A stretch of DNA of 64,000 nucleotides, taken from the NCBI GenBank assembly GCA_015520735.1, contig WAPN01000016.1, positions 12,785 to 76,784 on the forward strand. Direction: 5' to 3'. This DNA comes from Desulfurococcales archaeon. Its GTDB lineage: Archaea > Thermoproteota > Thermoprotei_A > Sulfolobales > Desulfurococcaceae. How positions within the stretch are numbered: position 1 is the first letter of the stretch; every line of letters begins with the position of its first letter. Below the pieces are notes generated by a model. That model was not told the origin of the DNA, did not search any database, and was given only the letters and a program-made list of their open reading frames with translations. Positions 28,814 to 36,285 of the stretch are shown here, piece by piece. The position numbers and the translations under genes are program-made.

Positions 28814-28855
28814 ACCTAATGTTGTACAATTATTCTTGTCCTTTTATCTTTTATA

Positions 28856-28912
28856 GGAGTCAGTTCGTCGCGAGGTCTTCATCGTCTCGTGTTTGGAGCG
28901 GCCTCATCATCC
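28856..28912 (-). ncRNA. Candidate C/D box sRNA (2'-O-methylation guide), degenerate D'
   Basis: Read on the minus strand: C ATGATGA (28910-28904), 12-nt guide GGCCGCTCCAAA, D' CACG (degenerate), 5-nt spacer, C' ATGAAGA (28882-28876), 12-nt guide CCTCGCGACGAA, D CTGA (28863-28860). It lies 37 nt downstream of the Pop5 stop. Confidence 0.5.
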
Positions 28913-28949
28913 TGTCCTAGTAAATGATTGTTAGGACTTTTTATTATTT

Positions 28950-29435
28950 TTATTTTGGCTGAAGATCACGGCGTAGCATGTAAAGTTTCTTCTGAGCTCT
29001 CTTTAGAGTTCCCGAGACTGTTATGGGTATGAGCAGGCATTTCACACCGTTGATTTCGTGAATTATTCCAAGCAGTGCTAAGCACTCCTTTTTGTATACA
29101 TGTCTTATTCTGATAATGCCCCTTTGTATCGATGGTTCAAAATATATGAGCTGGGGGTCAGCCCTAGAAAGTGATAATTCACCGAAAATTTCTTTCCATA
29201 TATTTCGTATTGCTTTCTCAATATCCTTCTTACCTAGAACTTGTTCTGAAATTACTGCGAATACTATGTATCTTTTTCTTATTCTGCCATGCTTCTTTCT
29301 TCTCTTCATTGTAATAAGATCGTAAACATATCTCAGTCTGCGTTCGACTATTTTTATCCTATTAATAACAAGCACCAATGTTACTGCACTAAATACTACT
29401 GCAATCAATGAAATCATTAGTGGTAATGAAATCAT
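28950..29435 (-). CDS. rnp2: RNase P protein component 2 (Pop5/Rpp14 family), with an atypical 42-aa hydrophobic N-terminal extension if the long ORF is used
   Basis: The core KRYIVFAVISEQ ... GIIRIRHVYKKECLALLGIIHEINGVKCLLIPITVSGTLKRAQKKL matches archaeal Pop5. ATG 29435 overlaps the Rpp30 stop (ATGA). The alternative start is Met43 at 29309. Confidence 0.7.
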   Translation of the reverse strand: MISLPLMISLIAVVFSAVTLVLVINRIKIVERRLRYVYDLITMKRRKKHGRIRKRYIVFAVISEQVLGKKDIEKAIRNIWKEIFGELSLSRADPQLIYFEPSIQRGIIRIRHVYKKECLALLGIIHEINGVKCLLIPITVSGTLKRAQKKLYMLRRDLQPK

Positions 29436-30049
29436 ATGTGTACACCATTCTTAACCATGAGTTCTCGCGTGTAATTAGTAAGCATTACTAGAACATCTTT
29501 CATAGGTATACGTAGAAGTATACTCCCCAATGCAGTATAAGATATTGGGGCTAGTATTTCATTCCATTCATGAGCCCACGAACTAAGTATTATTGTTACA
29601 TTGTATTTCAACGCTAAATCTATTCTACGTATAATCATTGCTTTAACACTTGATGGCTGAGTAATTAAGGTGTTGATTGGTACTTCTAATGGTTTAGAAA
29701 AGCGTTTCAGCATTGCTATTTCAGTCTTATCCATGTACCTTACACTGTCGGGAATTAATACGACCATATCCACTCTCCCATCTCGTGCGGCAAAACGTGC
29801 AACTTCAATGGATAAAGGGACTACAGCAATAATGAATGAGCGCGATTTTTCATCCCTAATATCATGTTTCAAATTCTTTTGTGATTCGCTATAAATTGTT
29901 GATTTTCTGACGGCTATGAAATTGTTTTTTCTAATAATTTTATGATTAAGTCCCTCTATGCAGGCGGCTCTATAACCTAGAATTGTATAGGTTTCAATAC
30001 ATTTTTCGTTGTTGCAAAAACTTCCTATATCTATTAATGGGATATTCAA
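29432..30049 (-). CDS. rnp3: RNase P protein component 3 (Rpp30 family, TIM-barrel/PHP-like)
   Basis: The C-terminal LKYNVTIILSSWAHEWNEILAPISYTALGSILLRIP resembles the Rpp30 ..vpivisSgA....lr.P.d...l...lG segment. Canonical position between the DUF54-type gene and Pop5. Confidence 0.65.
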   Translation of the reverse strand: MNIPLIDIGSFCNNEKCIETYTILGYRAACIEGLNHKIIRKNNFIAVRKSTIYSESQKNLKHDIRDEKSRSFIIAVVPLSIEVARFAARDGRVDMVVLIPDSVRYMDKTEIAMLKRFSKPLEVPINTLITQPSSVKAMIIRRIDLALKYNVTIILSSWAHEWNEILAPISYTALGSILLRIPMKDVLVMLTNYTRELMVKNGVHI

Positions 30050-30053
30050 TACC

Positions 30054-30506
30054 TTAGATCAGCCCCATTTCCCTTAATATGTTCTTTACATCATTTAACT
30101 TGTGTTTACCTCTAAAAGATACTACAACCTTGATTACATCATCAGAGTCATCTATTGTTAATCTGTTTCTATAGGCTTGTTGTTTGTTAAATCTCAGATA
30201 TAGTTTGTTTGATTTAGTATCATATCTTAGATCGAGGCTAGCCCTTATTATTGACTTATCAATACTAGAAAGAGTGCTCGATATGTGCTTTAGTATCATT
30301 AGTGTTTTTTTGCCCGATATTTTCAGAGTCAGTATTCTTATTTCGTTTCCATAGAATCCATGTACTGTTTCGACCTTAAGTTTAGAAGAGAGTTCACATC
30401 TAAGCTCTGATGGAATAATATTTAAAATAGCCTTCTTTACCTTATTGAGATCTTCTGTTGAATGACAATGACTAGAAATTATTAGTTCATTTATTTTAGA
30501 TTCCAT
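30054..30506 (-). CDS. Predicted RNA-binding protein of the exosome superoperon (DUF54/COG1931-like)
   Basis: ISSHCHSTEDLNKVKKAILNIIP ... VHGFYGNEIRIL follows the remembered ..vh.tED..kV..al.nl.p ... GhfGN.I pattern. Conserved slot between L15e and Rpp30. Confidence 0.5.
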   Translation of the reverse strand: MESKINELIISSHCHSTEDLNKVKKAILNIIPSELRCELSSKLKVETVHGFYGNEIRILTLKISGKKTLMILKHISSTLSSIDKSIIRASLDLRYDTKSNKLYLRFNKQQAYRNRLTIDDSDDVIKVVVSFRGKHKLNDVKNILREMGLI

Positions 30507-30508
30507 CT

Positions 30509-31171
30509 TTACTCTTCAGCCTTTTTAGCAGCTACCTGCCACGGATCGCGTGCTCCACGGCTGGCTTCATGTCTCTTTCTCAGCATTCTCTCACGCTGTT
30601 TCTTCTTCCACTTATGTTTTATAGTGTACTTGAGTCCTCTACTCTTTCTCAGTCCTCTCATCTTCTTGCCAGCACTCGTTAAACCTCTGAACACACGTCC
30701 CTTGTGCTGTTTCTCACAGATCCAGCCGATGTCTTTATCATTACATATAGCTGGATGATGTGGGTCGACGAGGATTACTTCGTACCATTTGTAATTTCCA
30801 TCTTCTCCTACGTAGTAGCTGTTGAGCACCTCTAGGTTCGGGTACTTCCTAGCCGCTCTTTCCTCAGCTATTAGTCTTAGGCTTTTGGCGGGTGCAAATC
30901 CGTAGATACCCATTCTCTTCGGGCGCCTACCCTTGTTGGGCCTTGGTTTTCTTAGTCCGCCTTTTCTAACACGTACTCTTACTACTACGAAGCCCGGCTT
31001 AGCTTTGTAGCCTAATGCTCTAGCTCTGTTTAGACGTGTAGGTTTAGCAATTCTTATTACCGTGGGCTCTCTTCTCCACTTTATGAGCCTCTGTTTCATA
31101 ACTTCTTTCATTTCGCCATCATATGGTCGCTTCCATAGTTCTGCGATGAAGTGGTACATGCTTTTTACCAT
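30509..31171 (-). CDS. rpl15e: 50S ribosomal protein L15e
   Basis: [16 protein letters not shown] ... [27 protein letters not shown], highly basic, 220 aa. Confidence 0.95.
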   Translation of the reverse strand: MVKSMYHFIAELWKRPYDGEMKEVMKQRLIKWRREPTVIRIAKPTRLNRARALGYKAKPGFVVVRVRVRKGGLRKPRPNKGRRPKRMGIYGFAPAKSLRLIAEERAARKYPNLEVLNSYYVGEDGNYKWYEVILVDPHHPAICNDKDIGWICEKQHKGRVFRGLTSAGKKMRGLRKSRGLKYTIKHKWKKKQRERMLRKRHEASRGARDPWQVAAKKAEE

Positions 31172-31290
31172 TATCCTTACACCATTCTTGCTCCTAGCCA
31201 GTCCAATATCATATTAGATTTGGGTTTATAAAGCTTGAACACCCTTTTTCTTATATAGCTGTATCATCGCAACGCCTACGGTGAGAGTTT

Positions 31291-32517
31291 TTGCCACCGC
31301 CTGAAAAAATAGTTGGGATTATCGGTAAAACCAATGTTGGTAAGTCAACATTATTTGCAGCACTAACACTGGCTTCTGCACAGATAGCTAATCATCCTTT
31401 CACAACAATTAAGCCCAATATCGGCGTTGGTTATGTGAGGAAACAATGCGTTCATGTGGAACTTGGTCTAAAAGGCTGTAATCCTAAGACTGGTATGTGT
31501 ATAAATGGTAATAGGTTCATACCAGTTAAAATAATGGATGTAGCTGGCCTCATACCCGGGGCTAGCGAGGGACGCGGACTAGGTAACAAGTTCATGGATG
31601 ATCTAAGGCAAGCCGATGTGCTGATCCATGTTGTAGACGCTAGCGGTTCAACAGCTCCCGATGGTACACCTGCATCGCCGGGCACGCACGATCCTGTTGA
31701 AGAAGTCAAACTTATTCAGGAAGAGGTAGACAAATGGTTCATAAACGTAATCCTCCGCATATGGGAAAATAAGATCTCACGATATATATATACTATACGT
31801 GACCCGATAGATTATCTCTCACAGACCCTTTCTGGTCTAAGTATTGGTAAGCAACACATAGTAGAGACAGTGAACAAGCTGGGTCTTCCAACAAAGCTAA
31901 TGAAATGGAGTAAAGATGATGTCATCGAATTTGCTAGAACGCTCAGACACCTAAGCAAGCCCATAATAATAGCGGCGAACAAGATGGATCTGCCACATGC
32001 TGAGGAAAATATCCGGAGACTAAAAGAAGAATTCGGGGAACACATGGTAGTTCCAATAAGTGCTCTCGCAGAGCTCATTTTAAGGAAAGCCTCTGCTGCA
32101 GGCCTAATACGTTATTTGCCCGGGGATGAAGATTTCGAGGTAATTGCCCCTGAAAAATTATCAGCTCAGCAAAAAAAGGCCTTGGAGCTTGTCAGAAAGA
32201 AGGTGCTTGAAAAATATGGATCCACCGGTGTGCAAGAACTTCTGAACAAGGCAATATTTGATTTCCTCAAACTAATAGTGGTTTATCCTGTCGAGGATCA
32301 CAAGAAGTATACTGACCACTCAGGCAGGATTCTTCCCGATGCATATCTGGTGCCTAAGGGCACAACAGCTATTGAACTAGCGTACATGATACATACCGAC
32401 CTAGGTAAAACATTCCTATATGCTATCAATGCTAAGACTGGCGAAAGGTTAGGTGAAGACTATGTTCTCAAAGACAATGATGTGATCAAGATTGTTGCTA
32501 CCGCTGCCCATAGATAG
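31291..32517 (+). CDS. OBG-family P-loop GTPase/ATPase with C-terminal TGS domain (YchF/OLA1-DRG type)
   Basis: G1 IIGKTNVGKSTLFAALT, G3 DVAGLIPGA, G4 AANKMD, and TGS-like AYLVPKGTTAIELAYMIHTDLGKTF...VIKIV. TTG start. Confidence 0.8.
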   Translation: MPPPEKIVGIIGKTNVGKSTLFAALTLASAQIANHPFTTIKPNIGVGYVRKQCVHVELGLKGCNPKTGMCINGNRFIPVKIMDVAGLIPGASEGRGLGNKFMDDLRQADVLIHVVDASGSTAPDGTPASPGTHDPVEEVKLIQEEVDKWFINVILRIWENKISRYIYTIRDPIDYLSQTLSGLSIGKQHIVETVNKLGLPTKLMKWSKDDVIEFARTLRHLSKPIIIAANKMDLPHAEENIRRLKEEFGEHMVVPISALAELILRKASAAGLIRYLPGDEDFEVIAPEKLSAQQKKALELVRKKVLEKYGSTGVQELLNKAIFDFLKLIVVYPVEDHKKYTDHSGRILPDAYLVPKGTTAIELAYMIHTDLGKTFLYAINAKTGERLGEDYVLKDNDVIKIVATAAHR

Positions 32518-32869
32518 ATTTTCTACGTAGCTTGTTCCAGAAGTCCTGGGCTCTCTTATAATAATAATCATCCTCTTTCCTAGGGCCGAAATAAGATAGA
32601 CCTTTCTCAGTAAGTAGCTTCCTATATTTAGCCGCTTCACTCGCCGTGATCTCGCCCTGTTTCTCGAGGTAATCTATGACTTTCAATGCTTCATCGATGC
32701 TTTTGCATCTACGAATATAATCCTCAATACCGGGTGTATAGCCCCGCCATGGATCGGGCACTCCTATGTTTACTCGAAGACTCAATTGTTGTTCATTATC
32801 AAAGATCTCATTGGCTAAATGGGGGAATTTTTTCTTAAAGTCTTCGATCCGCATCTTCATGGCCTTCAT
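32498..32869 (-). CDS. Conserved hypothetical protein (123 aa)
   Basis: Clean ORF with coding-like composition. Helical, with Trp/Tyr-rich ends (PDPWRGYTPGIEDY ... EDDYYYKRAQDFWNKL). It overlaps the upstream gene by 35 nt and the convergent GTPase gene by 20 nt. No family recognised with confidence. Confidence 0.35.
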   Translation of the reverse strand: MKAMKMRIEDFKKKFPHLANEIFDNEQQLSLRVNIGVPDPWRGYTPGIEDYIRRCKSIDEALKVIDYLEKQGEITASEAAKYRKLLTEKGLSYFGPRKEDDYYYKRAQDFWNKLRRKSIYGQR

Positions 32870-34157
32870 CTCCTTTCTCGTTTTTAATTGGTGTTATATA
32901 GGGTTTTATCGATACCTTGTAAAAGCTATGTGAGGGTACATCTTGGGCAACTATAACACCTGGGTAAATCCAAGAGTAACATCCGATCTTAACTCCCGGC
33001 AATATCGAAACATTCACACCAGTCTTAGCATAAGAGCCTATTACGCTACCAAACTTTCTTCTCCCGCTTGAGATCATTTTTCCCCTAATAAGAGACTTGA
33101 CCGGTTTATCATCGAATCGAAGATTTGCGATCATTGTACCAGCGCCTAGATTTACATGGTCACAAATAATGGAGTCACCTACGTATGCGAAATGACTGAT
33201 CTTTGTGTGTTCCATTATTAGGCTACTTTTTATTTCGACTGAAAACCCTATTCGCGTATTATTACATATTACAGTATATGGTCTGATTCTAGTGTTCGGC
33301 CCTATTTTGGCATTTTTACCTATATATGCTGGTCCTTCTATGTATGTTCCAGGCTTTATAGTGGTTTTATCGCCTATATATGCTGGTCCCTCGATATATG
33401 CTGGGCATTCATTAGAGTTCGAACCGAGTATATCCTCTAGGAACTTATCAAGAGCTAATTTGTTGGCCTCCAGTAAATTCCATGGTAGTCCAATATCAAT
33501 CCATGACTCTTTATCTATTGTTTTGACAGCAATAGATAAACCACCTTCAGATACTGCTTTATTTATCGCGTCCGTGAATTCTATCTCGCCGCGAGGGCTA
33601 GGCGGTGTATTAATATATTTGCTTATCTCGTTTGGCCTAATAACGTATATACCAGCATTTATTAAATTTGATGACGGCTTTGATGGTTTCTCGACTATCT
33701 TCTCTAACTGATTATTATCCCTAAGATACAAGACACCGTAATTCTCTGGATCGGGAACCGGCACACCTACTATTACACTCTCACTTGAGCTAGCCAATGT
33801 AGAGTATAGATCCCATTTACCAAGAAATAGATCACTATAGGTTATCAGTATAGGTTCGCTGGTCACACCTATTTTTTCGAGGGCTGTTTTTACAGCGTGG
33901 CCTGTGCCGAGCTCGTCTTCTTGTTCTACATAGCGGATCTTTTTCTTCAGGGAGAATGAATTGACTAGTGATATAATCTTTTCCTTCATATAGCCTACAA
34001 CAATGATTATCTCATTGATCTCAGGTACTTGTTCTAAAGCATCTAGATGCCATAGAATTAATGGCTTACACATTACCGGAATACATGGCTTGGGTATTGT
34101 TTCCGTTATTGGCCAGAGTCTTTCCCCCTTTCCCGCCGCCAGTATTATCGCCTTCAA
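32835..34157 (-). CDS. Bifunctional-type sugar-1-phosphate nucleotidylyltransferase with C-terminal left-handed beta-helix (GlmU/RmlA-like)
   Basis: MKAIILAAGKGERLWPITETIPKPCIPV nucleotidyltransferase signature. The C-terminal half is hexapeptide repeats (IEGPAYIGDKTTIKPGTYIEGPAYIGKNAKIGPNTRI...). Confidence 0.8.
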   Translation of the reverse strand: MKAIILAAGKGERLWPITETIPKPCIPVMCKPLILWHLDALEQVPEINEIIIVVGYMKEKIISLVNSFSLKKKIRYVEQEDELGTGHAVKTALEKIGVTSEPILITYSDLFLGKWDLYSTLASSSESVIVGVPVPDPENYGVLYLRDNNQLEKIVEKPSKPSSNLINAGIYVIRPNEISKYINTPPSPRGEIEFTDAINKAVSEGGLSIAVKTIDKESWIDIGLPWNLLEANKLALDKFLEDILGSNSNECPAYIEGPAYIGDKTTIKPGTYIEGPAYIGKNAKIGPNTRIRPYTVICNNTRIGFSVEIKSSLIMEHTKISHFAYVGDSIICDHVNLGAGTMIANLRFDDKPVKSLIRGKMISSGRRKFGSVIGSYAKTGVNVSILPGVKIGCYSWIYPGVIVAQDVPSHSFYKVSIKPYITPIKNEKGDEGHEDADRRL

Positions 34158-35232
34158 TTTTATCCAACCTGTTATAAAGGACTGTGGCTAGAGCTATAAG
34201 TCCTGCGGCTGCGGCATAATCTGTAGATAAGGTGATCCCGGGTGCTATGTCTACTACTAGATCGGCGAATCTGTAGATTCCGAGAGGAATCCCTTCCCTC
34301 GAGCCAAACAAGAGGTTAACTCTTTTCTTCGACTTCAATATAAGGTCTAGGAGCTCATCTGCTGCGTCCAATATATATTTTCCTTCAGGCTCAAACACTA
34401 TTATCACTTCATCAGCACGATCACGTATAAGCTGGTGGATATCTTGTACCTTGACTGGTACCTTACGTGTTTTACGATGATAACTCCTCTTCTGTATCTC
34501 GTATCTTGAACGTATTCCTTCTTCTACACTAAGAATGAACTCGGCGAGTTGTACAGCATCGATAATGCCTGCAGGCGCGATAACCAGTTCACCGATCTCA
34601 AAATTCTGTACTTCTCTCCCTATTCTTCTACCCATGTTTCTGATCGCATCTATAGGGCCTAAGTAAGGCATCTGTACAACTGCGAATCTCTTGAAAAGCC
34701 AGTGAATAGTTTTCTTTCCGGGTGATATTTTATGGTATTCAAAACTACCCGGAAGAATACTGATATAGGCTTTGTCCTGTATTATCTCAACTAAGACTAT
34801 TTTATCTGGATATCTAAGGTTGACAGAAGCATTGGTTGCACGACGTACATGATCTCCAACTATTATATTGACATCTATACTTGTAAAGTTGTGTCTTCCA
34901 CGCCGAGTGGTTCTAACAGCAAATGTTTCAGAAGGACTAATATGTTCTTTAGCCAGTTCTGCAGCTATCTCGGCTATTTTATGTGGGTCTGCAGGGGATT
35001 CAGCTAGAATCGGAATGATCTTATCGGCTTCAACAATGTTCTTTTCGATGTAATCCATTAGTTCATCTACACTGTGCTCACCATGTCTTACTAGAACGAG
35101 TCCTTTGAATTTTTGCGGACAAGCTATAACAACGGTTTTTTCATCGTATTCCTTTATTCTCGATGCAACAATTTTTTCGAAGCCTAGCCCTGTCTTTATA
35201 AGTATGTCAAAGGATCTTTCCTTCAAAGACAT
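34066..35232 (-). CDS. THUMP-domain protein fused to a SPOUT-like RNA methyltransferase domain
   Basis: THUMP-like FAVRTTRRGRHNFTSIDVNIIVGDHV. SPOUT-knot-like C-terminus LLFGSREGIPLGIYRFADLVVDIAPGITLSTDYAAAAGLIALATVLYN. The Gly/Asn-rich tail overlaps the next gene by 92 nt. Confidence 0.55.
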   Translation of the reverse strand: MSLKERSFDILIKTGLGFEKIVASRIKEYDEKTVVIACPQKFKGLVLVRHGEHSVDELMDYIEKNIVEADKIIPILAESPADPHKIAEIAAELAKEHISPSETFAVRTTRRGRHNFTSIDVNIIVGDHVRRATNASVNLRYPDKIVLVEIIQDKAYISILPGSFEYHKISPGKKTIHWLFKRFAVVQMPYLGPIDAIRNMGRRIGREVQNFEIGELVIAPAGIIDAVQLAEFILSVEEGIRSRYEIQKRSYHRKTRKVPVKVQDIHQLIRDRADEVIIVFEPEGKYILDAADELLDLILKSKKRVNLLFGSREGIPLGIYRFADLVVDIAPGITLSTDYAAAAGLIALATVLYNRLDKIEGDNTGGGKGGKTLANNGNNTQAMYSGNV

Positions 35233-35297
35233 TATGGGTTCCTCTACTAATTCGAGGAATAAAGGATCTGAAAGATAAATTATTGTTGCCTTTATGG

Positions 35298-35981
35298 TTA
35301 CCTTCTCTTCAGTTGTAACGGTGATACCACTACTGCGGGCTTAGGACCTTCGGGTGACGGTATCATTAATAATTTTGATTTGTATATCTCGACTTTACGT
35401 ATCGGGTAGATCTTGCGTGCTCTCTCCATGATTTCTGCGCTCATTCTACCAAATAGCATTTCCTGAATTAGCTCGTCGAGCGTAAGTTGTGGTACTTTTG
35501 ATTTTACGTATTCTTCCATTATCTTCCTTATAGCTCTCTTCTGGCTTGTTTTGCACCTATAGCTTGTTAGAGCTACTATTGTTAGGCGCAAACGATACTG
35601 ATCCTTTGTCTCAACATTGAATATGCCTTGGATTTTACTGCTTTTTCTTCTGATTAGGCTCTTCATATAGTCTCTCGATATTTCATGTCCTTTGAATCTC
35701 GTATATGCTTTGTCGCCTTCTACTTTGATTATTTGGAAGTACAATCTTATGTGAACCTGTGTTATGTCACCTGTAATATCATATAACGTTGTCTCCATAA
35801 CTCTGCCAATGAGTTTTAATGGATCATCAGCGGGTGTGGTGCCTATGGATATTTCGCCAAATATTGGTGGTGCGATTACGGTATACCATTTCTTGAGCTT
35901 CCATTTGTCACGTATAGCAAACTTTCTCCGAGCGGGCATAATCCTTCCTCTCACACTTTTACTTACTAAGACTCTTACCAT
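35298..35981 (-). CDS. rps3ae: 30S ribosomal protein S3Ae (eS1)
   Basis: ARRKFAIRDKWKLKKWYTVIAPPIFGE... The real start is probably the MPARRKF Met at 35939. Confidence 0.9.
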   Translation of the reverse strand: MVRVLVSKSVRGRIMPARRKFAIRDKWKLKKWYTVIAPPIFGEISIGTTPADDPLKLIGRVMETTLYDITGDITQVHIRLYFQIIKVEGDKAYTRFKGHEISRDYMKSLIRRKSSKIQGIFNVETKDQYRLRLTIVALTSYRCKTSQKRAIRKIMEEYVKSKVPQLTLDELIQEMLFGRMSAEIMERARKIYPIRKVEIYKSKLLMIPSPEGPKPAVVVSPLQLKRR

Positions 35982-36012
35982 TTAATTGGGGCTATATAAG
36001 ACTTTATGAATT

Positions 36013-36273
36013 TTACCTTATTTTGAGATATTTGATCGTATCTTCAATTAGCTCGAGCATACATGCGATATCATCGAGAGTTCCCCTAAGGCTATCAAAA
36101 TGCTTCGGTGAGCTATTCTTCATCTTTATCTTGATAATGTATTCATCTTCGGATATCTCTTCGTTGATTTCCATGAAACCTGGTGTTACCATGTTGTCCG
36201 GATGTAATGCTTTCCATATAGCACGGATTTTTCTATTATCTTCAACTCTTATTCTGAAATATGCTTCGAACAA
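36013..36273 (-). CDS. Small Pcc1-like protein (candidate second KEOPS Pcc1 paralogue, Pcc2-like)
   Basis: 86 aa. FRIRVEDNRKIRAIWKALHPDN ... IIKIKMKNSSPKHFDSLRGTLDDIACMLELIEDT has the same beta-beta-beta-alpha layout and the ...a..i..AL.P(D/E) ... LR..l(N/D)... pattern as Pcc1. Confidence 0.4.
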   Translation of the reverse strand: MFEAYFRIRVEDNRKIRAIWKALHPDNMVTPGFMEINEEISEDEYIIKIKMKNSSPKHFDSLRGTLDDIACMLELIEDTIKYLKIR

Positions 36274-36285
36274 ACATACTCAACC

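Noticed and set aside
28607-28829. 70-aa (+) and 60-aa (-) ORFs.
   Set aside because: They cover the C/D sRNA candidate and tRNA-Leu(UAA), and are better explained by the RNA genes.
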